This document shows positions 36,467 through 48,922 of a stretch of DNA of 64,000 bases, piece after piece. Under the pieces are notes generated by a model. It had not been told where the DNA came from. It made no database searches and saw nothing but the letters and a program-made list of their open reading frames with translations. The position numbers and the translations under genes are program-made. Origin of the DNA: Isurus oxyrinchus (taxonomy: Eukaryota); NCBI GenBank assembly GCA_026770705.1, contig JANJGN010000008.1, forward strand, positions 86,242,001-86,306,000, read 5' to 3'. The first letter of the stretch is position 1; each line of letters begins with the position of its first letter.

Positions 36467-37720
36467 TTAACCTACATCTGTGATTGCTATGTCTTGGTGC
36501 ACCAGATCCTCCCACACATCCCGCTGGACATCCAGCATCTGCAACCTAGCGGACAACTCCAGAAGCTCATTATCAGCCTTCAACCGAGCATTTTCCTGGT
36601 CTTCAGCAGCCCTCCAACTGCTGGCACCCTGGGCACTCTCTGCCTCCACCTGCACCTCAACCAAGTGTGAAGTGCCCTCACCGATGTGCACTGACATTCT
36701 AGCTGAAGATCTAATGCCCACCGAGGTGCTGGTGTCTGCTCTGGTGCCTGCTTCAGAGAGCGAATGCCTTGCAGGTGCAAAGGAAGCCCGGCTGTCCTCC
36801 GGCATCAAGGGTGGCCCTTCAGGGTCCAGAGAGTGAGTGTGTGCTGGTGAATCTAAAAGGGAGAACAACGACATGTCATTAGTTTAAGCCATCACACTGT
36901 CACTGTGCATGCCAGGCACCCTGGTGAGACAATGGAGATTTGCAGCATGGTGCCCTCATCAATGAGGAGATTACGCTAGAATCCAAAACTCTCACCTCTG
37001 TGCATTGCACTCTTACCTTTGTCTGGCACCCCCGCCTCTCCATCCCTGGTTGCAAGTGAAGCATGCCTGCTCTCTAGCTCAAGGGCGTCTGGCTCGAACC
37101 TGATGAGCAGCAGCAGGTTGGGCGGGGCTCCGCATGTAGGTGGCCTCTCCAATTGGTTATGGCTCGTCTTCTCCTGAAAGGACAGAGGAGCATTGATTAG
37201 CCCAATGTCTACCTGCAGCACCATTGCATCCTGGCCAGCCCCAGCTGAGGAACACCTTGCAAGGCACATTGGAGTCATGGCCCATGAGCCACAAGACACT
37301 CAGTCCAAGCAGCCAGGGCTCACCCCCTCTGCCAGCTCCGGCGTCATTGACAGTTGGCACTCAGACACTAGCACTCCTTAGGTCCACGGGTAGATGGCCA
37401 CACCTCAACACTTCTACACCCTGACCCATGCCAACATGGTACTCACCCTTCCTGAGCGCAGCAAGTCATTGAACCTCTTCCAGCACTGCACCCATGTGCA
37501 CCACACCATGTCATGGCTGCTCACCAACTCTGCCACCTCCTCCCCATGCTTGCTTTGCGAGATGTGGTGGCCTCCTTCTCTCATTTCTAGGGACAAGGGT
37601 GTCCACTCTGGCTGCCTGCTCCTCCAGGAAGACAGTGGGGCACTCAGCCGAAAACCAAGGGGCCGGGTGCCCACCCGATCTGATCTCCCATCCGCCGTGT
37701 CCAGCCGCACTCGACTCCAT
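36467..37720 (-). pseudogene. Harbinger Myb/SANT-like DNA-binding protein gene, 3 exons (37720-37447, 37173-37017, 36852-about 36470)
   Basis: APWFSAE..KQAW/EEVAE..WVQCWKRFNDL; canonical junctions AGG|GTGAGT, TTTCAG|GAG, AAG|GTAAGA, TTTTAG|ATT. Confidence 0.88.
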
Positions 37721-38149
37721 CACTTGAATTATGACAGCGCGGAACAAATGTCCTTCCATGGCAGCCTTCCTGCAGTTGCCTGGGCCGTTTTTCAACTGTC
37801 TGCCAGGTCACCATTGGGCCTGATGGTGGACAGGTCCCCAATTGGCCCTTCCCGACCAGTGAGGAGCCGGGTTTCATGCTGGGCGGTCCTCAATTGGCCT
37901 GCCAGCATGAAATCGCAGTCGGGGGCCAATTGTGGGCAGTGGGCCATTTCCCGGTCACTCCCAGGCTCACCGACCATGCCCGCCCGCCCGCCCGCCAACC
38001 TATATTTCTGCCCCAGGTATAAAAATATGCTACAAAGTTGGATACAAAGGAGCAAAGCAGGACAGTGGCTGCACTCTGCAGAATACACTGCTGCTGAAGG
38101 TGGAAACATTCTTAATGCTGTAACATTTATTTCTCTCAGATTTCAACCT

Positions 38150-38890
38150 GCATCAGGGCATTTTCTCAGGGAAGGTGGCAACCACCTGGTCAACCAGGGG
38201 CCAATGTAAACAGGAAAGGATATTACTCCATCAATGTCTAAATTGTGTGTGATTGTCAACGAAGGGTAATGCAGGTGTGTGCATGTTACCTGGGTAGCTT
38301 TTATGTTTTTTTGTATTATCAGGTTCGCTTTGTCTGGTGAGCACTTGCTGTCCCTTTGATATTAACACATTAGTTGCTGCTTGAAACAATACAGGCAGAG
38401 AGACTGATTAACTGAACAAACACTGGTAGTTTATTGGAACTAAGAACAGAGCACTAACACCACGTGCTTCTTCAATCATCTCCAGCTCTGGACTTAACAG
38501 TTACCCAAGAAGCCTGCGCTGTGTAGTGAATGGTCAATACAGTCACATGGTCAACTAACCACATTCTTTGAAAGGTACATGACACTCCACTTTACCACAG
38601 TAGTAGTCACGATGTATACATACTTAGGGACTCCCAGGTGCCAGGGATGTTCAGTGGAATTTTTTGATGGCTGGCTCCTATAAAATGCACTTTAGGTATT
38701 TGTACAGGTCAGGTGGCGCTCTGCAATATGCATCTGCTAGAGTCTCACTCATGGTTGTTGTCTGCTGTGCCTTGCACAATCTGGCCCACCAGAGAGGAGA
38801 AGCCCCCTGAAGAGGAGGATCTGATGGATGCAGACTCATCCTCTGATAATGAATCTGAAGATGAAGAGTGTGAGCATCCAGTCAATCCAA
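38150..38890 (+). pseudogene. Decayed transposase of the outer Harbinger, split by a solo LTR
   Basis: NRKGYYSINV*IVCD..CACYLGS|SHDVYILRDSQVP..RSGGALQY..CCALHNLA. Confidence 0.85.
38299..38599 (-). mobile_element. Solo LTR (about 300 bp) inside the transposase
   Basis: Minus strand starts TGTGGTAAAG and has AATAAA; flanks GTAGC/GTAGT; removing it restores G-S-S-H-D. Confidence 0.75.
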
Positions 38891-40019
38891 TTCAAAACCA
38901 TCATCTCAGGCACACTATACACAAATATAGCTGGAGCATGAAGTGAAACGAACAATCATTTAATAACAAAACTATTCAACAATCTTCCTAACTCTCAAAT
39001 ATGAAAACTATCTATATGAAGCCATAGGTGACTACTGCAGTGTTTCTTTAACTTGTTTGCATGTGCTACAGTGTGGTGCTCCCCTCTCCCTGCCAACTGT
39101 GCTGAGGTTGGGCTGTTGTGCCTTATGCCTCTTTTCCTGAGATGACTTTGGTGTCCTCTGGTCGCCTGAGACTGTGAGTGCCCAGATGTGGTGGGAGTCT
39201 CCCACACAGTGGCAGGACGCTTATCTGTTGCCAAAGCACTCAGAGGCATTTGTGTCAATGACAGAGTAGGGAGGAGAGACTGTCCCCATCAGAAGGGCCC
39301 CAGCAGCTCACCTGCCATCATGTGGCCCATTTAGGCCTTGCCTGCTTTCCTGACAGGACCCAGGGCCTGGACGTGAATCCAGGCTCCTCATTTCCCTCTC
39401 ACTCTGGCTCTGGGCAGTGGAGCTCAAAGACAAACCGATGGAGTGCAGGTCAGAATGCATATTCATTATCCCTTCAGTGAGCTGCTGGGTTTGGCCCTCC
39501 ATTATAGTTGCAGTCATGTTAATGGAGGACGCTATGCGCTCTGAAGAGTGGGTCATTACAATGCTAATGGCCTGGATGGACTCCTCCACTATCAGTGCAG
39601 GTGGGTGCAACTCCTCTGGAATCTCTGCCACATTTCCACGTACCTCATGATGTCCAGCATCTGCCACCTGACTGATGACTCCAGAGGCTCATCATCAGAG
39701 TGGGGCTCAGCATTTAGGTGCCAGAGGCCTGTTCTATCTCAGTCTCACACAGCTGGTATTGTGACTGTGATGTGCTCTCCCCGGTATGTGAATCCATTAC
39801 AGCCAAGTTGAGCATACTCACCAAGGCGTGTGTATTTGTGCTGGTGCTAGGTGCAGAGCAGTGATGTGAGGCTGCAACCTCAGAGGCTCTCTCCTTCTCC
39901 TCAGAGGTTATCGATGGACCCTTGAGGCTAGTAACTGCATTTGTGAATGTTTGTCCTATGGGGGAAAAGACAAGGAGAATGAAGAACATCATCATCATTT
40001 CAGGTGTGTTCAAGGAGAC

Positions 40020-40365
40020 ATAGGAACATACAAACATACGAAATAGGAGCAGAACTAGGTCATTTAGCTACTCAAGCCTGCTCTGCCACTCAATAAAATC
40101 ATGGCTCATCTGTTTGTGCTTTGAATTCCACTTTCCCATCAACCTCCGATATTCAATGTCTATGCTTCCACCACCTTCTGAGGCAGGGAGCTCTGAAGTC
40201 GCACAACCCTCTGAGAGAAAAAAATTCTCCTCATCTCTGTCCTAAAAGGGCAATCCCTAATTTTAAAACAGTGCCCCCTAGTTCTGAACTTACCCACCAG
40301 AGGAAACATCTTTTTCATGTCCACCTTGTCTATACCGTTCAGGATCTTATATACTTAATCAAGTC
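40020..40365 (-). mobile_element. CR1 3' end
   Basis: AACATACGAAATAGGAGCAG..CACAACCCTCTGAGAGAAAAAATTCTCC; homologous to 47270-47640. Confidence 0.9.
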
Positions 40366-40369
40366 ACCC

Positions 40370-41130
40370 CTGAGGGGAGGGGGGGAGAGAAAGGTCTAGC
40401 TGTGAGTGGGAGAGGAAGGTGTATTGGGGCAGGGTGAGGTTGGAAGGGGGTAATGAAGGTGTTGAGGGGAGAGGTGAGGTTGGGAGGGGAGGGGCGAAGA
40501 TGTTGAGGGGGTGAGATTGGGAAGGGGAGGAGGGAGTGCAGGGCAGAGGAGGGTGTAACAGAGGAGAATGCAGCAAGTGGGGTGGTAGGTGTAAGGGGGA
40601 GGAAAGTGTAAGGGAAGGAGTTGGAGCGGGGAATGTATCTGGCTGAGGGGGCTGTAAGAGTGGAGGAGGGAGTAAGGGTGGAGGAGTCCAGGTGAACTTG
40701 CAAGGGAGGGGTCTGTGGAGTCAATGATTGTCTCCTGGCAAGCAAACTGAGGGTGGGTGTGGTAGGAGGGAATAGTGAGTATGAGAGGGGGCAGAGGGAA
40801 CCGTTAGGCTGGGAGGGTGAGGGTGTGCTGGTATCAGTAGAAGGGATGGCGAATGTGGATGGTAGTTACTCAGAGGCAGACATGGACCCTGGGGGTGGGA
40901 AGTAGGAGGTCAGGGAGGTCAATGTGGATGGGATGGAATTCTCAGGAAGTAGGGAATTTGCACATTCACCTGGGAATCCTGGAAAGACAAGGGTTTGGGT
41001 TGGTAAGTGATGGTGGGGAGGTGGAAGGTGATGCCAGAGGGGTCAACAGTGATCGGGGAAAGGACGTGGGTGACTGGGGGAGGGGAAAGGATGGGGGAGT
41101 TGAAAATATACTTGACCATGACCATGGTCG
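40370..41130. repeat. G/A-rich low-complexity tract
   Basis: GGGAGG/GAGGG runs read directly. Confidence 0.85.
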
Positions 41131-41593
41131 CTGAAACCGAAAGTGAGCGGAGCCTCGTGTTGGCCGAGATCAGGTGCTGCATGGGAGTGTGATCAGTGGG
41201 TGGGTGGAGATGCAGGTCAGCTCAGATGGACAACCGAAAGAGAACCCCAGCAGGCTGCATTGAAAATGCTCAGGACAGTGAGATGCGTGTGATGGGTGAA
41301 GGCTTTGCATGCTTGGGAGAGAGTTTGCATGAGGCTCCAAAAGGCCCTGCCACACACATTCTTCTCCCTGCAGAATCACCTGTGGTCCGGCTGCGTGCAG
41401 TTGATCTCCTAGTGGCTAGCGGGGGGATGCAGGGGGAGGACTCATGAAGCCTGTCAATGAAGCTGAAAGACAACAGTACACATTATTCAGTGAAAATGAA
41501 TATATTTTCAGATTATAAAGTGAGAAAATGTGTTCACCCATGCAACCAGCTTTGATCAGAATTCCTTAACTTTTCTCGGTCTACCACTTCCTC

Positions 41594-43568
41594 TCAGTGC
41601 TGCCCTGAAATTCGCAGCAGGGGTAGAGACAGCCTGAGCCATGGTTGGCCCTGTTGCCTCTGATGACTTTGGTGTGTGTCCTCTGGGGAGCTGAGGTCTT
41701 CAGGGGCCCAGCTTGCTTTGGCTGTCCTCCTGTGGGACAGCTGCTCCCTCTGTGGTAACAGAGGATGAGGTTCAGGGGGTTGCAGGCAAAGGGGACTCAG
41801 AGGGAACAGACAGTTCCTGAGATTCTTGAGTGGATGACCCAGGCGTGTCCAGCTGCTGTTCCTCCTCCCTTCAGGTGCCCAAGGGCCCCGGCCTGACTCC
41901 TTGAGGGGAAGGAACACCTGGAGGGATGTTGAGGTGCTCCATTTCCTCTCATATTGCCATTGCAGGAATTCATCCTTGGCTACCGCGATGGAGTGCAGGT
42001 CTATGCGCATCTCCGCGTTCTGCTGGACCAGGGTCTCCATGGCGTCCACCATCCTTCCCATGGAACACTCCATGTGCACACACATGGCACCACTTCATCA
42101 GAGAGCAGGCACTCCTTTGGCTCGTGTGCCACTCTGTTGAGGGCTTCCAAAAGCTCAGTGATGTTCCCTCACCTTCTGCTGACCCTCCAGGATGAGTTGG
42201 AAGGCCAAATCCAGAGGCTCATCATCTGACTCGGACCTCACAGATGCCTCTTCCCCAGCAGTCCTCTGAGTGCTGGGGAGTTTGGCTAAACCTAACTCCT
42301 CCTGCTGTGGTCATGTGTCTATGTGGTGACCACCAGATTGTGAACCTAAGCTTGCTCTACATCTAGCTCCCACCGAGATGTGTGTCTCTGCGCTGGTGGA
42401 GGGTGCGGGTAAGCACTGTGCCGGGTCTTCCAGGCTGCTTATCTCCAGCTCTTCAAAGGAGGAGGTGTCCTCTGGGCTGGAGGTGAGGACCTGGATGGAG
42501 CTGAGGGACTGTTTGGCTGAGGGTGTTGGTCGCTTGGCAGAGCTCCCTGTGAACCAAAGTAGAGATAATTAGTGCTTGGCAGCAGAGTCAAAAGCAGGAG
42601 AGAGAGAGAGAGAGCACTCACACTTGCTTTGAGAGAGGGATGATGTGGTGCAGGATCCTCACGTGGGTGTTTGTTGACCTCACCATTGCCGCAGGTGCAG
42701 TCTACGTCCTCACCAGTCAGCACGATGGCACGCTCCTCAAAGTGATTCAAGATCCTAATGTCGGCCACTCCACCCCCAGTCTGGGACCTCTCCCTGCTGC
42801 TGTGAGCCACCTTCTCCTGCATGAAAACAGATGGAGAGAGCGTGAGCAGGACACAAGGCACTGCGTGGAATGTTTATGTGGTGAGCGGGTGGACAGGATG
42901 AGGACATGAGCTCCAGAGGATATGAGTCTGATGGAGATGTGAGGGTGTGTGTGAGAGTTAGAGATGTTGTCCCTTAAGGTGCGAGATCCCTGTGGATGTG
43001 TGACTGGTTTGTGAGTGTGTGAGTTGAGAGTGATGAGGTGGTTGTCTTGCCCTGGTGGAAAGGATAAGAGCATTCATCCTCTTCCTGCACTGGATGGCCG
43101 ACCTCCTCTGTGCTCTGGTGGCGCTGACTGCTGCCGCCCTGCCTCCCAGGCCAGATTGACGACTCTGGTGGACATCTTGCAGCCAGAGCAGGGGTAGAGG
43201 ACATCGTGGCGGCCTTCCACTGTGTCCAGCAGGCACCTCAGAGAGGCATCACTAAATTTTGGGAGCTGTGCCTACTTTGCTTCTGGGGCCATCTGTGGCC
43301 TGCAGCAGTCCTGGTCTGTAGACATGAAGTAGGCTGCACTCTGGTGTGCTTTAAGTTTGGCCACAGTAGCAAGGAAGTGCTGATTTAAGGGGCGGTGGGC
43401 AAATCCGAACCTGCCCGCCAGCAATCCGGAGTGTTTCCTGTGAATGCATTATCAATGAGGCAGGACGTGCCGGGAAGGGGATGATACAGTATGAAAACCC
43501 GCCATAGTGGCCGGCGGGTAAAGCAACTATTTTCACGCCCACTATTGCACTTAGTGCAAATTCTACCC
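41594..43568 (+). mobile_element. Harbinger right half: Myb/SANT gene (minus strand, ATG at 43292) plus right TIR; transposase half missing
   Basis: QRRSAIQCRKRMNAL; QEKVAHSSRERSQTGGGVADIR; ends AAATTCTACCC. Confidence 0.88.
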
Positions 43569-44249
43569 CATGTTACCAAATGTTCTTTCCTCCCCGGCCA
43601 GGGTCATGGATAATTCACGACTAGCACAATGGTCATCGACATTTCAAAAACAAGCTCTTATCTGCTGCTGCTGCTACTCCAATAAGTCAAGGGATTTCCA
43701 AGTTACAGTTTTCAGTCTTCTACCTTCAGCCTCAAGAGCACCAATTCAACTGCCACAATCCTGTGTCAGAGTCCCTTCTCATGGGGTCTCTGGTCAACTT
43801 CCAGTTCACAGCCTGCCACCTCTGTCCCCAGCCTTTCATTATCGATTGGGCACACTGCTCACCATTGCTCTCTGTTTTTGGCCGGCTTCCCGCATGGTGA
43901 ACGTTAATTGGATGCAAGACGCTTTATCCCATGCCTTTAATAGGTGGGGGTGGGAGTTGGTGATCTGCGCACTTCCAAGTCGGACTCCGCCACCGCCAAG
44001 AAGGTAAAGCTCACCCCAACCATTTCAAGTGCAGGCGAGATCCAAGTGATCTCACTTAACCATTCAAGAGCAGCACTCACTCGCCCTGACACAGAAGGTG
44101 GCTGGGATAAAAAGATGAGACATTTCCACACAAAACTGATCAATGCAATCAATAGAAAATCTATAGCCTTGCATATTTTGGGTTTTGGCAAGTTCAATCT
44201 GATCAGCTTGATCATTATAAGCAGATTCCATTGCATGCTGTTGAAATTA

Positions 44250-44333
44250 AAACAGGAAATACTCAGCAAGCCAGGCAGCATCTGTGGAGCGAAACAGAGT
44301 TAATGCTTCAGGTTGATAGTGCTTCATCAGAAA
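44250..44333 (-). mobile_element. Penelope-like terminal fragment with decayed hammerhead core
   Basis: Minus strand TTCTGATGA..CCTGAAGCATTAACTCTGTTTCGCTCCACAGATGCTGCCTG. Confidence 0.7.
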
Positions 44334-44689
44334 TGCCTCCCAAGGGCTGCTGGGTTCTGCACTTAGTGGTGGGGCTGCTCAATGGTGGGAAACTGCTGTT
44401 GCCTCTGTAAAATGGCCCCTAACTCGGGCCTTAATTGTCCTAATTGGCTGTCCAAATCAGTGGCGCTGACTTTCTTCCCAGCCCATGCCTGGAAAGCTAC
44501 CCTCGGATGTGTGAAGGCTTCGGGGAGCTGGCCTGACATGGCTTCCCAGTAAAGTCCTCACCACCGCCACCACCCACCCTAACCCCTCACCCTCCTCACC
44601 CCCACCACCTCCCCTCTTCCAAGCACATCTCAATGGACACTAGAACATTCTTCCTTATATATCAATAATAAAACAAGCAAAAGGAAAAA

Positions 44690-44990
44690 AAACTTAAATT
44701 TACACAGTGCCTTTCACAAGCTCAGGATGTCCCAAAGTGCTTTACAGCAAATGAATTACTTTGTAAATGTAGGCACTATTATAATTTCAGGAAATGCAGC
44801 TGCCAATTTGTACACAGCAAGGTCCCACAAAGAGGAACGTGATTATGAAATACAGCAGTTCTGATCGCACAGCACTCCCTCAGTACTGTGTTGGAGTGCC
44901 AGTCTAAATTTTGAGCTCATGTTTCTGTAGTGGGTCTCAAACCAATGGCCTTCTGATTTAATGGTATGATTGCTGTCACTGAGCCAGCCA
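44690..44990 (-). mobile_element. DeuSINE (SacSINE1-like) with tRNA-derived head, internally deleted
   Basis: Minus strand TGGCTCAGTG..TCAGAAGG..GGTTTGAGACCCAC head, CAGTACTGAGGGAGTGCTG, and 3' GCTGTAAAGCACTTTGGGACATCC..GTGAAAGGCAC. Confidence 0.85.
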
Positions 44991-46324
44991 TTGAAGATAA
45001 CTATGGTGACATGCCCATTCCAGTAACTGATTATTATTTAATGGTTAACCATGTCATGGTTGATTTTGAAGAGTTTGAAGCAGCTTCACATATAATATTA
45101 CACAGAATGTACGTCAGAGAAAAAGGCCATTTGGCCCAACAGCCCCAGGCCAGTGTTTCTGCTCCACATGAACCTCCTTGCTTTTTAACTTCATCTAATC
45201 CTATCAACATATGCTTTTATTCTTCTCTCCCTCATGTTTATTTAGCTTCCCCTTAAATGCTTCATTTAATGTAGAAAAAAATCTCAAAGCATTTTCTCGC
45301 CAAGGAATGTTATGGCCACAGAGTGAATGTGGAGGCTTAACTAATATCCATGACTCAGTACAAAAATAAAACTCCCATGACTTGCTAAATAAAAACAAAA
45401 TCCTGCTGCTAATACTGTTTCCACAATTTACAGAAAATTCCAACCCCTCTGCCAGCAATAGAATCATAGTTCATGAACATGTTGCAAATTCCATTTGTAG
45501 CAAAATTAATAGCTGCAAATCTTTTAAAATTATTCAAGAGTTACTGAGTCTTCTTCAGATCTTGAGTAAGCTAGGCATTCGATTGGTTTTATTTACTTGC
45601 GCACTTTGCATTAGACTGAAAAACGTTTTGCCTAGTGTTTGCTGCCAAAAGTGATCGCCAATAGTTTCAGTGCACTTTGTCATGTAAAAGCAGAGTTTGC
45701 GAATATATTAACGTGAATAGGACCTGCTGACGATTCAGCATGATTGAACCTGGTTGTAAACTTCAACCTTCACATTTCCTTCAGACATAAAAGCAACGGT
45801 GCCTGGCTCTTCCAACTCTTGTTTATCTGACAATGGCAGTGTCTGGGTCCACAACTCAGGTTAAGTCATAAAATAGCATTTCTCTAAAAATTACTTGTCA
45901 ATAAAGCATCAGTGGCACTAGGATCAGAACCTAAACAGTTTTGAGCAATTCTTTTGTTCCATAAACTGCTATTTTTTAAATGTGGCATATGATAAAACTG
46001 AATTAGATGTTGATGGAGCAGTACCACTGCATTTTGTACATAGCCTTTTTAAGCAGGCCCACTATGAAGAGTCAAACTCTTTCACTCTTTTTAAATGCAG
46101 AAGCAACTCACTTCTTATTAAAGATGAATGTAGCTAAGTCTATCTGTTGCTTTAGTCCAATGGCTGAGTGTCTGGATGCAAATACTTGCCTCACAATGCA
46201 CCATTTCACACGTGAATGTCATTTTTGCAAATGGCCAGTTTGAGAAAAGAAAAGAATTAAGGCAGCAGAGCGAAATCATCATGGATACAGAAAGATGTGT
46301 TTCTCTCACCAATGAATACCGTGG

Positions 46325-46886
46325 CAGGTCAGAGGCTAGGAAGTTTGCGGTGAGTAACCCACGTCCTGACTCCCCAAAGCCTGTCCACCATCTCCAAGGC
46401 ATACGTTAGGAGTGTGATGGAATACTCTCCAATTGCTTGGATGAGTGCAGCTCTCACAACACTCAAGGAGCTTGTCCGTTCAGGACAAAACATATTGCTT
46501 GATGGCACCACATCCACAAACATTCACTCTCTCCACCACCAATGCACAGTGGCAGCAGTGTGTACCATCTACAAGATGCACTGCAGGAGCACCTTTCAAA
46601 CCTATGACCACTACCATCCAGAAGGACAAGGGCAGCAGACACATGGGAACACCACCATCTGGAAGTTCCCCTCCAAACCATGCATCATCCTGACTTGGAA
46701 ATATATCACCATTCCTCCACAGCTGCTGGGTCAAAATCCTGGAATTCTCTCCCTAACAAAACTGTGAGAGTAGCTACAGGGACTGTGGAGGTTCAAGAAT
46801 GCAGCTCACCACCACCTTCTCAAGGGCATTTAGGGATGGGCAATAAATGCTGGCCTAGCCAGCGAAGCCCATACCCCAAGAATAAA
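46325..46886 (+). mobile_element. 3' end of the second LINE family
   Basis: VMEYSPIAWMSAA..NIHSLHHQCTVAAVCTIYKMHC; tail CAAGGGCATTTAGGGATGGGCAATAAATGCTGGCC. Confidence 0.9.
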
Positions 46887-46904
46887 TATAAGAATATATA
46901 CACT

Positions 46905-48922
46905 GATATCTGGGATGAGGGGATTGTTCTATAAGAAGAGATTGAGTAGAATATGAGGCCAAATTCCCTAGACTGTAGAATAATGAAAGTGACTTCATTG
47001 AAACAAAAATCTTAAGGGCTTAATAGGGTAGTTAGCTGGAGAGTTCAGATCTGGGGGGTTACAATCTTCGGAATAAAAGGTCAGCCATTTAAAACTAAGA
47101 TGAGGAGAAATTTCTTCATTCAAAGTGTTGTGAACCTTTGGAGTTCTCTACCTCAGAGGGTTGTGGATATTCAGTCACTGACTATAAGACTGAGATTGAT
47201 AGATCTTTCATACTGAGGGGATTAAGGGATATGGAGATAGTGTGGGAAGGCAGAGCTGGGGTAGAAAATTAAGAACATAAGAACTAGAAGCAGGAGTAGG
47301 CAATGCAGCCCCTCGAGCCTGAAACCCATTCATTACTATCATGGCTGATTGCATTTCGGCTTCAACTCCAATTTCCCGCCCTCTCCCCATAACCTTTCAA
47401 CCCGTTACTAATTAAAAATCTATCTCCTCCTTAAATTTATTCAGCGTCTCTGCAACTGTGAGGTAGTGAATTCCACAGATTCACAACCCTCTGAGAAAAG
47501 TAATTCCTCCTCATTTCTGATTTAAATCTACCACCCCTTAGCCTAAAACTATGGCTTCTTGTTCTAGAATGCCCCACAAGGGGAAACATCTGTTCCATGT
47601 CTACTTTGTTTATCCCCTTCAGCATCTTATGTACCTCAATTAGATCTCCTCTCATCCTTCTAAACTCTAGCGAGTATAGGCCTAAACTGTTCAATCTCTC
47701 CTCATAAGACAAGCCCCGCATCTCTGGAATCAATCTAGTGAACCTCCTCTGAACTGCCTCCAATGCAACTACATCCTTCCTCAAGTAAGGGGACCAAAAC
47801 TGTGCACTGTACTCCAGGTGCAGTTTCACCAATGCCTTGTACAGTTGCAACAACACTTCCCTATTTTTAGATTCTATTCCTTTAGCAATAATTGCCAAAA
47901 TTCCATTTGACTTCCTTATTACCTGCTGTACCTGCATACTAGCTTTCAGCGATTCATGCACGAGGACACCCAGATCCCTCTGTACTGAAGCATTCTGAAG
48001 TTTCTTTACATTTAAATAATAAGTCACCCTTTTATTCTTCCGACCAAATTGGATAACCTCACACTTGTCCACGTTAAACTCCATCCGCCAAATTTTGGCC
48101 CATTCACATAACCTGTCCATGTCCATTTGTAAATTTCTTATTGCTTCATTGCAACTTACTTTCCCACCTATTTTGGTGACATCTGCAAATTTAGCTATAG
48201 TACCTTCTACCCCTGAATCCAAGTCATTAATATAGATTGTAAGTAGCTGGGGCCTAAGGACCGAACCCTGTGGCACCCCACTAGTTACATCTTGACATCC
48301 AGAAAAACACCCATTTATCCCGATGCTTTGCTTTCTGTTGGTTAGCCAATCCTCTATTCAAGCTAACATATTACCCCTAACTCCATGTGATCTTATCTTG
48401 TGTATTAACCTTTTGTGTGGCACCTTATCAACGACCTTCTGGAAGTCCAGATATACTATATCTACAGGATCCCTATTATCCACTTTGCTTGTCACATCTT
48501 CAAAGAACTCTAGCAAATTAGTCAAACATGATTTACTCTTCATAAAACCATGCTGACTCTGATGGATTGCATTTTGACTTTCAAAATGCTCCATTACTAC
48601 TTCCTTAATAATGGATCCCAACAATTTCCTGACAGACGTTAAACTAACTGGTCTATAGTTTCCTACTTTCTGCCTCCCCCCCACTTTTTGAATAAAGGCA
48701 TTGTGTTAGCATTTTTCCAATCTACTGGAACATTTCCAGAATCCAGGGAATCTTGAAATATTATAGCCAATGCATCCACTATCTCCGCTGCCACTCCCTT
48801 TAAGACCCTGGGGCATAGGCCATCAGGTCCTGGGGACTTGTCACCCTTTGGTCATATCAAAAGGTGGAGCAGGCTCAAGGAGGAAAATGGCCTACGCTGG
48901 CTCCTATTTCTCATGTTCTTAT
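46905..48922 (+). mobile_element. CR1 3' end (46905-47268 and 48848-48922) split by an antisense CR1
   Basis: GAGGAGAAATTTCTTC..GGGATATGGAG; the 3' UTR resumes as GGTGGAGCAGGCTCAAG..GGCCTAC..CTCCTATTTC. Confidence 0.8.
47270..48847 (-). mobile_element. Relatively young CR1 LINE (RT domain plus 3' UTR)
   Basis: NYRPVSLTS, QHGF..SCLTNLLEF, YLDFQK, PQGSVL, KFADVTK; 279-aa open stretch. Confidence 0.97.

Larger units (their letters stand above)
34422..38013 (+). mobile_element. Full-length two-gene Harbinger transposon (about 3.6 kb)
   Basis: TIRs GGGAAGAATT / ATTTCTGCCC; TSD CAG at 34419-34421 and 38014-38016; convergent transposase and Myb/SANT genes. Confidence 0.95.
34194..44017 (+). mobile_element. 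Old outer Harbinger element carrying nested insertions
   Basis: Ends GGGGCGGGTTTTA / TAAAGCTCACCCC (10 of 13 match as an inverted pair, TSD not exact); its own transposase remnant at 38150-38890 and Myb-gene remnant at about 39000-39960. Confidence 0.6.

Noticed and set aside
34919-37720. Domesticated HARBI1 / NAIF1-MSANTD host genes
   Set aside because: Frameshifts, stops and altered catalytic residues, and both genes are enclosed by TIRs and a TSD.
37394-38209. 271-aa plus-strand ORF as a novel gene
   Set aside because: It is antisense to the Myb exon, runs across the GC-rich TIR and the insertion junction, and has no recognisable domain.
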